64,000 nucleotides of DNA from Lobosporangium transversale (lineage: Eukaryota), in the NCBI RefSeq assembly GCF_002105155.1, contig NW_019028991.1, positions 496,001 to 560,000 on the forward strand, written 5' to 3'. The translations under genes and the position numbers were made by a program. This document shows, in pieces, positions 39,715 to 53,616 of this stretch. Within the stretch, counting starts at the first letter, position 1, and each line of letters opens with the position of its first letter. Under the pieces are notes generated by a model. It saw only the letters and a program-made list of their open reading frames with translations, searched no databases and was not told the DNA's origin.

Positions 39715-42471
39715 CTCCCTGACTATTCTGCTAATTGTTAAGAAAAGTGTATCCAGTTTATGTAACATTAAAAAAGCCAGTCGCGCTTCGATATGCCTTG
39801 GCTCAAGTCTTAGTTTCATAACTGAGATGCTAAAGACTCTATCCACTTTTGTAGAGCACGCATCTGTTGTACTTTAGGAAATAGGCTAGAGAGCCTCGGT
39901 AGCGACCTCTTGAAGAGTGCAGCTGATGTTTCGCTTGACGTAATTAAGTAAGCTCTTGACATCAAGAGGTACGAGGATAGGTCTCCCGCTAGGAGGCTTT
40001 TTGAGGCAACAGCGCCTTCTTTTCCTTATTTACTGTTTAAATAAAGAGGCTATGAGTCTTCGCAGTCTTGTTAAGAAGGGTGCCGGCTTCATAGGCCCCG
40101 ACGATCCTACCTTTCCATTCGCTGGAGGGTTGTGTAGGTATGACGTTTGAGAGACAGAGTGATGTAGAAAAGTTCCACAGCATCTCAATACCCATCTTAT
40201 TTTATTCTGTTTCTCATCATTGGCCCCAACTAACTTTTTCGATACGGAGACCTGCTGCGTGCTGTCTCTGTCATAATCCATGCCGGATCCATGCTGCACC
40301 ATAGGTCACCAGAAGCTTGGAGCAGCTCAAATGGTCTTTAGCACTATCTAGAATATTATAATATCCTTGAGTGTATATGTCGGCATTATTCCTCCACATC
40401 TACGTCCCTGTTCTTAGCTACGTTAGTTCACTATTTTGAACCAGAGTGGCAAGACTTTGCTTACAAATATTGACGCCTTGTCCCATTCATGTACTAATTT
40501 TAATGATTGAGGAATAATGATGCCAGCTCCTACCCTTACGCCACTTGGATGATTTCGTGGATCAGGTGGATACAAATGCAAATAGCAGCAAGAAGTCGAA
40601 GTTGGCAGGAATATTTGTCGCTTTGTCCAACTATTAGTCATTTCATTTATAGACACCTTGGGACTACTGCCTGTTGATTCTGTTCCTTAGAAACCTCGTC
40701 AACGCTAGCGGCGTCTCCCCGCTCCAAACACGGACCGCTTTATTTGACCGTGCTATGAACTTTTTGCGCTCGCTTGAGGTTGGGATATCAGGCGTTTTTA
40801 GACTGGAGAGCATATTCTGGGCATCCATGGTTTCCCTGTTGCGTTGTTGCGCTTGAGTATAAATGACTCTAGTCTTTCACGGTGAACTATTCCTTCTCTC
40901 TAGTGTATACCCTATCGAAATGCAACATGGTTGCTCCCTTGAGGAATGCTGCTCTGGTGCAGTCCATGTATTTACAATGTTGCAATGTTGAGAAGGTTGC
41001 TGAAAACGAAAGATATTGCAGTAAATGAAAAAACTTGAGAGGCAGCACAACTTAAATAGAGACCCCATAATGCTACACTGGCCTCTTGTTACTTTTTTAG
41101 GTCTCCAATGTCCATGCCATGTTGCAGTTTAATTTATGCATAGCTAATTTTTAGTGATCTTGGGCGAAGTCATTTTCTTCAGGCAACTATTAAAAAAACA
41201 CGAACTATGGAAAGTAGCCATGGGGCTATGGCTATTTAAGTCTTTAGGTGGATAGAGGAGAGGGATTTATTGATACCTAAAGCATAACTCTTCAACCTCT
41301 ATTACTGATATATATCCACTGGGGACAATTCAAGCCCAAAGGCCCACTTGCCAATCGCAACCCTGCCGAACAATTAGGGTAATTGGTGTGTACAAAGTCT
41401 ACTTTAGCTATAGTGTGATATATATGGTCTTTATTCTCCTTTTGCGAAAGAGGCTTTGGTTCAAGGTAGACTGGTGGAGGAGTTGGGGTAGCGAGCTTAA
41501 CAGCAGCAGTTTGATGGTATAAGCTTGGCGTAACCAAGGGAACCAATGTCTCCTGCGTCTGGGGAAGCTCCAGCTTATCTTCTTGAGTAGAATAAACACA
41601 ACTGTGCTGAGAAGAGCGACCTGTGTCCATGCAAACCACGCAGTCAAGCTCGCCTACAAGCTTAGTTCCAGTTTTGCCTCTTTTTTAAGTCTTCTTTCCT
41701 CCTGTTTTTCTTTCTCCTATTCTCTCTCTTGCTCAAGAGAATCAAGCAGGACGCACTCGTTAATGGACCTGTAGGCTCTGTCTTCTCTTCACCCTCTGCA
41801 TGCTCCGCTTGCTGGCCCGCTAGCCCCCCCCCCTCACGGGTCGTGCTTGGATCGCATGTGGCACAGCCCACCGGGATCTCGTACTCAGATGATGCGTCGT
41901 ACACCCGATGTGAAGCCGCTCGACGGAGGAATGGTTTTCGAGTGGTTCGGGCCGCCATAAATAGAGTGAGCGCGCTTGACAGGCAACTGATTTGTGGGAG
42001 GTTCAATAGACGCCCAACGTGTGGAACGTGTGGTAGGTATAATAATCTTTTTTTTTTTAAAGTTGAACAGATAAAATAAACGAAAGCAATGAAGCAAAGG
42101 TCTTGAAAGGAATGAAAGCAGGACCCAAAGATATAGGTGTATTAAGAATTAAAACATTAAAACAAAGAGAACAAGTTCACGTTTTAAATCTAGACGTGGT
42201 CTTGGATAAAGTTGAAAGTTAAATAAATAAATAGACAACAAATTACATTTTGGCATCCAGTAGGTCCATCCGTGTTTTCTTGCCGAGATATCCAATCACT
42301 CTAAATGGAATAGACTTTCATTGACTAAAATATTACTGCCACTCACAGATGCTTATTTATGTTGTTTGTTTATTTATGGTATCAATGAAGCCACTCCTCT
42401 TGAGACAGCCATCTGATTTTTTCGTCTTTTTTTAATATATAAAAGATTTATAAATCGAAGATCTCGTTCTA

Positions 42472-45400
42472 TTAATGGCACCTTTCACTGGTTTCTTCGC
42501 TTGAGCCGTCTGGTTCCGCAAGTGCATTATGGTCTGCTACGGTATCTACCTGTGTGGATGTCGGCGTTGGGACTCGTGTTTGCAGCGTGGGCTCTATCAA
42601 CAAGCCCATCTTCAGGCCTTGGCCCCAATCTTCATGCCGCTCTAATACCAATGGGGTGATAAGAATGCTGCTGTTGCTGCTATTGACATGCTTCATCGTC
42701 AGAGGGCTGGGCTGCGGATGATCCTTACTCTTTTCGATATTTCCCATACTTATGGTAGCACTGATAGCACTACCTCGTCTGCTTGAATTTATGGGAACCT
42801 GTTGCTCCTTTTCGGTCGCACTATGCTGATATCGCTGCGAGCGATCATTACTAGCGCTGGCTCCAAGACTACTGCTACTACTCTTTTTGATAGGCGTTGC
42901 TGTCTTAGGTCCATTACCGTTGCTGTTATTATTACTACAGGTACTACTACTCGATGTCACACCTGGGCTCGCACGCATTAACATCATAGACAGCACGCCT
43001 GGGCCAATGGACTGAGCTGCCAAACTGGCTGTACTTCCATTTCTTGATCCTACTTTGGATTCGGATTTTGATCCCGGCAATTTGGTGAACGATCCATTTC
43101 CAAACCCAAAGATCGTATGTCCTGAGCCTGTTGGCGCAGTAGTCGGCATTAGTGGCTGGACTGGAATCGAAGCTCGAATTGGCGCTTGCACTTGTGATGG
43201 CGGATGTGTCAAGGTTGCTGTTGATACTGGAAGGCTGCTGTTGATTGTCATGGGGGGGGGTTGTGGCTGATTTCCTCCCGCATTCATCAAAGGAGAGGCA
43301 GAAAGTGATGATGTTCCTTCATTTATGTGACTCATTGTTGTTAGCATTGTCGGCGCTGCTGCTGAGCTCGCTCGCGACCTTGACTTCGACCGGGATCGAG
43401 TTAAAGACCCCAATCCAAATAGATATCCTGCACTGCTCTCACGTCGAGCCTCTCGAGGGCGCTCTCCTTTACTACTCTCGCTAGTTAAGATACTTGAGGA
43501 CAACGACATACTGGGACCTCCAGCCATGACTGAGCCCACTGCTCCACCAGATGGCATGGCATTAGTATCGCAATTGCTGGAATATTTACTTCCCCCGGCA
43601 CTAAGTGACTGAATCATGCTTTTGAGTGTCCCTGGAGTTGACGAACCAGATCCCAGACTACCATACCCCGAATTCAGTGTGCCATGGCTGTCATACACTT
43701 CCGTATCAAGGTCAATACCTTGTACCGCTGCTGTTGCCACAGCTATAGCTGCACCAGATAGGCTCTTGCTTTGGTTCATCATAGCCTCCATATTGACATC
43801 ATTTAGCAATGTCACATTCTTATATGAAAAGCTTTCGAACTCTGAATCAATACTCAGGGATCGCTGCATTGCAGTGCCACTATTGTCGCCACGGCGTTGC
43901 TGGTCCAATATGTCGCGATCCATTTCATCTTGATGAAGATCTAGATCCGGTAAAGGATTTCGGGAACGCGATGGTCGACAAGAATGAGGCCTCGATCGAG
44001 TATTATCGTCACGCCCATGATCCAGTCCTAGGCGTTTTTTTGTAGCATTGGCTGAATGTAGCTGATATTGTGGTGGATTAGGCATAGATTGATTGGTCTC
44101 GTCAGCCTTAAGCGCTGCTAAAGGTGAGCCCGACAGCGTAGGCTGCGATTGTGCAACTTGCTGCTGTAGATGTAGTTGCAGAGCCCAAGTCGACTCATTC
44201 GATTTAAAGCCTTGTTGCTGGCTAGACCGATAGTGGAGCTTTGTATCGATGCTATCAAGATTAGGGGATGATGGCTGCTCTTGCTGACGCTGTCGTAGCT
44301 GCTGGTGTTGCACTGGCACAATGCTGTTTTCAGCAGCATTGCAGGGCGGCAAGGGTTCTATCATGCCCGTTGTGGACATATCAGCTATCGGTGCAAGTTC
44401 CCGAAGATCTGTCACATCACTTCCACACCTGTATGCAGCATTATGTGGGCCTAACGAGCGCTGGGCAGAAGTCCTCAGGTCGCTGCTATTTGGATCGGCT
44501 TTCAAAACTGACTGTCTCTTCTGGCTCGGGAGCATGCGCTGACAACCTTGCATAGTAAGGCACTCAGTCATGAGCTCGTTTCCATTACCTTCAGAAGGTG
44601 GAATAGAGGACACAAAAGACTGCTGCTGTGCCCTTAGCCCATTCTCGATCTGCTTTGCAAGCGGGGATCCAAGAGGCTGCTCTGCAAGGAATGGTGGTCT
44701 TTCAATACTTGTACGTGTAAGTTCAGGGGACTGCGGCTTTATTTGGTGGATGGATGTGGAAGAGGAGAGTGTTGAAAGCGAGGATGATCCAAACCCCGGC
44801 GAGAATGAGACACGGTTAGACACTGATTTTGATCGACCATGATTCGTTAGCCGAGGGCGTGTGATTTGGGTGGAAGCTTTATCTACCACTAAAGGGACTG
44901 TAGCCGCAAATTCTAAGCCTATTCCTGATGTAGATGGTATCCCTGTCTCAGGCATGACGAGTGGTGACTCACACAAGGCCACAGTCGAATCCATTTGCCC
45001 TTGGGACACCCTAGACTCCAAACTTGCCGTCTCTGATATGGTGAGAGCGGCAGCGTCACCGTCTGCTGCTTGACCTGAGGAAATCTCTGCAATGTTTCCG
45101 CCTGATAGCCGTCTGATGTCTGGCCTAGCGTTCCTTGCTAAGTTACATTAATAGATGTCAAAAAGATAATATCAGTACAAGAGGAATAAGCTTTCTAGCT
45201 TATTCCGGCTATTTCATTTTTTCATAATAGTACCATCAAAATAACTAGTGTCCATATTGTCGTTTGGTGCGGGGATGAACGGGGCTTCTTGATTTCTAAT
45301 ATTATCCCAATCGACTCCACGGAAGAATGGGTGAGCCTTCAGTTCTGTAGGAGATGGCCGATGCGAGGGGTCTCTGCTAAGCAGTTTGTTGATCAAATCG

Positions 45401-48400
45401 TGGGCCTCAGGCGAAAGCCCATATTCAGGCCATTGGATATCTGGTTTTATGGACGACAAAAAAAAAAAAAAAAAAAGCTACAAAATCAGTTTTCGAATAC
45501 AAAATACTCAAATAAGCCTGATGCCTTCGCAAGTGCGATCCAGGCATTACATTACCATGATTAAGGATGTTCTTAAAGATCGCTTCTGGTGCTTCATCCA
45601 TGAATGGTGGATATCCAGTCAAGAATTCAAACAAGCAAACACCCAGAGACCACCAGTCCACGGCCGTCCCATGCCCTATCCCCAACAGAAGTTCTGGGGC
45701 GAGGTAATCAGGGGTCCCCAACAAGGCCTTACTGCTCCCACGATGCCTTCGTGCAGCCCTTCCTGGAAGAGTACCAGCATGATATGTAGAAGATGCAAGT
45801 GGGATTGACGAAGTGGCACCTTTGTTCGCTCCAGCGCCTTGGCCTCTGCCATTTATATTCTCGACTATAGGTGGCCTTTTCCCTATAGATCCTTTCATAG
45901 AACCACTAGAAATAGAGGCGATAGTCCTAGAGACACGTCTTCTGCTTAACGATGGAGCCTTGTACTCATTCCCGCTGAATATATCATCCTTGTCTGGGAC
46001 AGTAATACGGCTTAGACCAAAGTCTGTAAGCTTGATATGGCCTTCAGCGTTCACAAGCATGTTGTCTGGTTTAAGATCGCGGTGCGTAATTCCATTAGAA
46101 TGAAGGTATTCAAGAGCCAAAATACATTCTGCTATGTACATCTTAGCCATATCTTCGTCAAATGATCCAAATACTGCCAATAACGAACTGAGATCTCCCC
46201 CTATTACATACTCCATAACAAGATAGAGATAATCCTTGCTGGCAAAAGCATAAAACAACTGTACAACAAATGGCGTCCTCGTCAGGGCTAAGACACGCCT
46301 CTCAGCCAGAACGTGATTGACCATGTTCTTGCGAACCATATCTGCCTTCTTCAAGATTTTGATCGCATAGAGATCCTTGGTCGTCTTTTTCCGCGCAAGA
46401 TATACTTTGCTGTAAGTTACAATAGAAGTATTAATAGTGGTAATAAAAACATTTAGTATGCGTGATCCATACATACAACGAATGTCCCAAACCATTTTAA
46501 AAGAACCAGCTACTGACCCAAAGGCGCCACGGCTAATGGGCTTGATGATCTCAAAATCCTGTATGCTTGGGACACGGCTCTTGTAAGGAGGAGTAGAACT
46601 GTTGGTTGGTGGAGACAGCACGCCGCCGCCGCCAGGGCCAAATAGCCCGCCTCGGCCAAACTCACTATCGCCTGAGTGGCTCCTAGATTGGCCTGCTAAA
46701 TTATTGTTGATGCGCTGGCGTGACGCACGCAAGAATGCAGCAAAGATAGTGCTAAAATTCTTGCTGGGCTTCTCTATGGGAGTCGTTGGAAACGTTGGCG
46801 GCGTTTGAATAAATGCGTTTGGTATCGACCCAGATCGGCCTTTCCTTGTTACCGTAATACCCCCAGTATGACCTCCATTCAATGCGGATATCGCTCCATC
46901 TACATCTAGCAGAGTAAACCAAAGATGGACGGACGATTAATAGTTTTTATAAACCACATAAAACTACCCGTAGATACATAAAAAAAAAAAGAAACAAAGA
47001 GAGAAGGATCAAGCAATGTACAGAAAAGGAAACTAATACCAGCGGCTGAGAAGTTTGACTTAGTACTTTCTCGCCATGTATAGCTTGAAAACCCACCCTG
47101 ATCAGCCCACATTCCAGGACCAGTTCGTTTTCCTGAAATGCTTAGAGTAGTCTGCGATAATGGTAGAGGCGGCTTTGTGGAATAGTTCATGCCGTCCTTG
47201 ACTTTGGACTTTGATTTCTTCCTTCCGCCCCAAAACGATGTTGAGGCCGACTGGTTTTCGCTTTGAGTGCTGATAGCATTGGCACTTTGTGATCGGCTGA
47301 TGTTACCTGAGCCATCGAGACCAGCATCGCGGATAGTCAGTAGCACCAGTTGGTCTTGGATTATTTGCATAGTTGACAGCTTTTCGCGAATGACGTGAGA
47401 AATCTTCTTACAGATGCTAAATAACTCCTCATCATAGGCAGAATTGCGAGACTCTTGCAGAATACTATTGATCTTGTGGTGATACTTCTCCAACTTTCGA
47501 ATAGCATGGCGCGGGTTAGTCTCGAGTACAAGGCAGGACTTCTCGGACAGTGTCTGAATTTTCTCCGAATCCCGCAGACTATAGTAATCCACATATGGTC
47601 GATTCATCGCTACGATCAGCTGCTTACGTTGCCAAACACAGGCACTAAGCTTACCAAGAGCGTGATTACAGCTCTCGAGTTTTTGGCTGCATTCATGCTG
47701 AAGCTTACAGATTTCACTGTGTCGATCCAGGAAGGATATCAAAATATCCTCATCACAAATTCTACAAACTGTCAAGCTCACATTATCCATCGTACCTCCA
47801 GTCAAGTCAGGTCGGGAGGTCTCTGACCTGGTCATTTGGATAGACGCCGAGTCACTCGTCTGTGGCCGCAGCAAAGACGCTGAGGTCACAGATGCTCGGT
47901 GCCGCAGCGCAAAAGGCGCAGGCTTACCTACTACTGTAGAAGGCGGTGCCGGTCCAGGTGATGAAGGCGATCTCGGCGATGACTGGGGTAATAAAGGCGA
48001 CATAGGCGAAACTGGCTTTTCGTGAGAGCCAAGTAGCTGCTGGCACTGCGGCTGTTGTTGTAGCTGTAGTTGCTGTTGCTGCTGTTGGTTGAACATAGAT
48101 TTGATGGACTTGAATAGGCTTAGAGCTGACTTTTTTCGTTCCGATGGCTTCTTGACCTTGCCTGATGCGCCTACCATACCAGAGCTATCACTCTCGCTAG
48201 CAGCATCCTTGCTCTCTACTCTTTGCAGGCCCCCATCAAACGAGCAGATAGAGTTAGAGCTGGGGGCTGTGGCCACAGCTATCAATGACCGCTGCAGTGG
48301 CGATGGCACTGCCGCTGTTAATCCTGACTCTGCCGGCTCTATTACTGCTGTCCCCGCCGTTGTCGCTGCTGTCGCTGTTGCTGTTGCTGCTCCCGTTGCT

Positions 48401-51400
48401 CCCGTTGATCCTGCTGTTGTTGTTGCTGTTGTTGCTGTTGTTGCTGTTGTTGCTGTTGTGGGCGAGCCAGAAGAGGGCTCACTGGAAAAGGCAGGGGAAG
48501 TAGAGGGCTTAGTCTCAGACTGGGTCGTCCTTGACAAAGGAGGCGCTGATGATCTTTTGCTTGGCAATCTGGGCAAAGCCAAGGTAGTGCCTACAGATTG
48601 TAGCTGGATTTCTCCAGTAGAAAATGCGTTTGCATGTTGAGCTACGACGCACTGGGAGGGGGTGAAGCTCTCACTCTTGGCCGCAAGATGCTGTTCAAGG
48701 GATGAGTCTGATATTGCTGATATTTTTGGGGACTGATGAATCATTGTTATTTCCTTTGGCTCATTCGAAGCTGAACTAGGTGTAAGCGGCCCTGCACTTT
48801 GTACCTCTTCCTTCGAAGGCTCGTCGGGTGCCAAAACACACTTTACTCCTTTATCGTGCTGCACAGGCATCGCAGGTGATGGCAATGGTGACCAGTCAGC
48901 ATATGGAAATGGTGAGGTCCTATCCAATTGGTCTTCATTCAGGCGCTGCTCATGCTACATGTGTTTAAAAAATGATATAAAATGTGTAAAATATGTCAGC
49001 ACCACCTCTCTAGTAAGTATGACTAAGCATTGATGCCTAAAAAATAAATAATGAAAATGGCTTATATCCTTACAAGGCGCTCTGCCAAGCGACAGACGGG
49101 TGCAAACACATATACGAGCTTTGTGAGGAGATCCTCTGCCTCTGCATTCCCGACAGCCATCCGACGCTGTCGGTCCATGAGAGCCTGTAATGATTTCATG
49201 ATGTCCAATGCCTTTAGCGGATGCGTCATGATAGCTGTAACAGGAGTATGTAAGATTTGCTGGGAGATGCACTCGATCGAGATTAAAAGCGTTGTATGTG
49301 AGCTGGCGAGAATAGTGGGCGGCCAACTGTTAGATGCAATAATGCGCCGAGAGAGAATAGAACGCTTCTTGGACACGTTACGCAAACTGACTTCGTCCGT
49401 CTCTGTTAGGGCATCTACACTGAATGGAGTAATAGATGGCTTTCTAGTCACTTCGGTATCCTTGGCTCCAAAACTGTCCTCGAAGTTGGCATTCATTTGG
49501 CACTCTGCACCCCACATTAAATGAGGATCAGTATGGCTAATACTGTTATGGCGTGAGGACATTCTCGTAACAGCGCCACTCTTTACGGATAGAGGCACTC
49601 TATCTAATGGGCCAATGCTACTTTCATACCAGCTTTCGTATGACTGAAATGATGATGACATCCCTTGAAGGTCTTCCATGATATTCCAGTGATTATTAGG
49701 ATCCATTGTGGATCTATCCTCTGTCCATTTTGATCCGTACGACTCTGACACCTCTTGTTGGAAAGAGAGGCACGCCACATCTTTATCCCGTTTGCACTCA
49801 TACCAACCATCCAATATAATACGAATTTCAGCATCGCTCTTAGATTTAGCAAGCACCATCTCGTGGTACAATGCATTAGCGGCATTAAGCTCATTGGTAT
49901 CATCCATGAACCCAATCTGTGAGACTAAATTCTGCGGAGCATTTGCTGACAGGTCAGGGAAGAAGGCGGGCAAAGAGTTAGAAGTGGCTAGTGACGTGCC
50001 TCCGAAGGCGCTCAATGTCGGTGAGGACAGTAATTTGTCGAGCTTTGTAGAGCCAGTTCCATTGTTAGAAGCGGTTGTATTATCAGAGTCGTACTCTAAA
50101 CGCAATGGGGTCCGTGGAGGAGGATGGAATCCTCTAACAGGAATCTGCCTTTGTCTCACATCATCTTCTATATCCGAGTCTGAGAAAACCCTGTCAATCG
50201 ATGACTTCCTGTTGAGAATTTTCCCGCCCCAAGTGTCTGAATCGCTGTCAGTTGTGTAGTAATTCTCTTGGTCTGATGCTAGAACGCGAGTTAAATGTGA
50301 CTTTGGCGATTCCTGAGGCGAATTCTTGAACATCTGACCACTGAGAACATACAATGAATGATGCCGTTGATATGACGAAGGCGATGATGCCATAGATGAA
50401 GACCTTCTAGTAGCTGGTATTTCTGTGGGCTGCGAGGCGCCAGCAATTGAATATGAGGATGGAATATTAACTCCGGTGGGCGATGTCGGGGGAGATGAAT
50501 CTTGCTCTTCTTGGGACGATGATTTACGAGAATCAATCGACCTATTAAGCCCACGATGTCGCTGTCGATCCTGACCACCTTTAATTTGAGATGAAGTGCT
50601 AAGGTGGGTAGGAAGATGCTGGTAACAGTGGTGAGAGTTTGCATATGAGGACCTCGTAGGGGCTGACAGTGCCATTCCTGTAAAGTCAGACTGAGGAGAT
50701 TGAGGCTGAACTGCTGGAATGAGTGATTCCTTGGCGCCTTCTCGGAGAGGCATCCCGATCTGTGATGCCGGTGCAGGTGTTGATGCTGATAATGTGCCTG
50801 CCTTAGCGTCTACACTCATGTACATGCCCTTGTCAGAGCCACCACTGTCAATAGAAAAACTCGTCCAGCCAGAGCTCGGTTTTTGCATAAAGCTGGAGGT
50901 TAGAGTGCGCTGGTGTTCATCCAAATACTCATCACCACCTGACCCCACAAGGCCCCTGGAATTTTGGTTGTAGATCTTATCGCTCGAGGCAATAAAACTA
51001 GGTCGAGCATTTGCATTCGGGTTTTCTGTAGACGACTTTTCGTCGCTACTCTCAGACTGTGCTATATCTGAATTGAACATGTTGGAGAGAGGGGATTGAA
51101 TCTTCTCCTGATTCGATAGCGAGCGCCGTAGCCGTGTTTTCCAACTGATACTTGAGTGCGGTGATGGTATTGAAGATACAGGGGTTAAAAGAGGAGATCC
51201 TGAATTCGGCGATAGTGCTCCGGGCTCACTTGATATACTAGGACTATACTGTTGATTCTCTGGATTTGTCGCGCTCAGTTTAATGTTTACAGGTGACAAG
51301 CGAAGTTTCGCACTTCCAACCGAGCCTTTCTTAACATGCAAAGAAGCTCGGGAGCTTGAAATAGGCTGGCCTAAACTCTCATCGCACCCATATGAATTTG

Positions 51401-53616
51401 TGCTCGATAGTATAAATGCACCACTCGTGCTTGGCTTGAAAGGATTACAGGTATTGGCGCACGAGATTGCATTGGGCTGATCCTGTGAGTTGGTACAGGT
51501 ATTGCTCCGTATAGATGATGGGGACATCGCTCCTGGTAACGACTGTGGTAATGAAGCTGCAAGCGGGGTGCCTTGTTGTTTATGGAGGGCTGTAGCCGCT
51601 GTGGAAGTCAATGGAGACGCAATGCTCGATGCTGACGAAGCTATTGTTGTTCCAGAAAAAGAAGCCATGCTTTGAGAGCCGCCAGAACACCCACCTGTAT
51701 TCAGATTATTCGATGATTTCGACTGAGTGTTGAGCAGCGAGCGATATGCTGAAATGCTCAGCTCCGAACGATACTGCTCGATATCTTCTAGGTTGGAGAT
51801 GGATACTGGCCAAGCACTTTTTTCGGGCGAAATAGCAGTACTTGGCTGCGTGGATGAAGGCGACAGCTCCAAAGGAACCTTTGATACTGGGGATTCGGCA
51901 CCAAGCCCTAACGATGGACTCTTTATCCGTGCTGCGTTATTAATGCTAGTAGCCCGCGATGATGGTGCCAAAGGTAATGCCATGCCTCCGCTCTCTGTCG
52001 TGCAATTGCCAGCGCCTGACTTTGATCCTAATGGTCCGGATATTATAAATAAATATATAAATTATACAGAATAAAACCATAATGATAAAACAATGAAACA
52101 ACAGCCCCATCTGCCTTTTGTTCAGTGATGCAGTGATACCGCTCTTCTTTTTGTTTTCGCTCACAAGATTATTATATGAGAAAACTTCACTCTCCTCTTT
52201 ACCTCGTCTATCGTCATATAGTGGCCCTGTGGATGACCTGACTCTCCCACCTGGAACAACGCCTTGGATTGCCTCTTTTAGCGAGATCGGCCCTGAAGCC
52301 GGTGCTGGCGTCTCTCGCTTTGACTCCAGTACAGGGGCTAATGCTACAATGCGTTTGCTGGACTGAAGAGCTGTGGGGGGTTGCTCAACTTTTATGTTTA
52401 CTGAGCTTTGGGGCTCTATTAACCGAGCATCAATCGACGATGATGACGATTGCTCCATATTAGCTTCTATGACCGTCGTCCCTGAGAAAGGCGATTCCAA
52501 TGTCTGCTGTGGATTTGAAGTAATGCAAAGCTCTCCTGCAAGATTGGACTTTGATCCAACATCGTCTCCTTTTGATAAATATGTTCCAGTGGTGCATACT
52601 GGTGTAGGCGGCAATGGCTTGGTTAGATGTGATGAGAACAGCGTTGCGTTAGATATGGTGCTAAATCTCATGTTGATATCGCTACTGTCAGCATTAGTAC
52701 TTCCTGATTCTTCATTGGCGCCATGATCACTCCCACCGCTACCAGAGCTGGAGAGTGCTGTGATTGGCAGCGAAGCAGTGCGCTTGTGACTGGTGGCATT
52801 GGGTCCGGGCGCAGCAACAAGACTACCTCTGATCTCGTCAACAGTGACGACGAGATCGGGCGCACCTATCGGAGATGCAGGCATCGTGGATGGAGGGATT
52901 ATAACTTCCTTACTTCTGGACGATGAGGAATGAGGTGTGGAGGAGGAGATTGAGTGCCGTTTGTAGGCGTTGGTAATAGTGTAGAAGCCCTTTTTCTTGC
53001 TGTTTTTAGTGGGGCTACTGCTGTAGAAATCGTATGAATTGTTGTGCTGCAAGGGTGAGTGTTGCGCTAAGTTCTGAGATGAGGATTGGTGATGGAAGCG
53101 GTTGGGGAAAAGAAAGAAGTGTTTACTACTGACACTTGAGCTGCTTTTACTATTGTTATTATTGCTCCTGCTGTGCGAAGAATTAGATTTGGGAGAGTGG
53201 GAAAGGGCCTGATGACGATAGTGGTTATTCTGTTGCTGGCCGCTCTTGCTGCTATTCTTGGAATCACTATTGCCCCTGGCTCGACTGGTTAATGTTGGAG
53301 AGGAAGTGGATGAGGAGAAGGAAAATGAACCACTATGCCTCTTCTTTTCCTTTTCGAACTGTTGCAGTGGAGGTCTCGACTGTGATACTGAGTTCTTTGA
53401 CGAGTTGGAGGTTGACTGTGGATGATGTGGAAACGCCATGCTCTTTGCTGTGGTGCTTATAGATGCATTGGCTGGATTAGGAAGAGAAGCAGACGGCCAA
53501 ACTAAGCCCACGAAGCTGTCCCTCCTATCACGCCACGTTGATGGTTTTGTACGTGGGCATTCAGTTGGAGTTGGTGTCTCAGCGCTAGAGGTTGGAGTAG
53601 AAGTAGATCGATGCAT
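42472..53616 (-). CDS. Very large Rim15/Greatwall (Cek1/Ppk18/IRE-like) AGC Ser/Thr kinase; multi-exon
   Basis: C2HC finger CRICDEDI...HSEIC; kinase [39 protein letters not shown] with a long activation-segment insert, [19 protein letters not shown] tail APFIP...DTSYFD and FESFSYKN. Linking all ORFs from 53616 into one gene is inferred from co-orientation and short intron-like gaps. Confidence 0.85.
48345..48460 (-). repeat. Coding ACA/GCA 9-mer microsatellite giving a Thr/Ala tract in the kinase
   Basis: Plus strand shows (gttgctgtt)n-type units; the translation reads TTATTATTATTATTT...ATATATAATTA. Confidence 0.85.
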
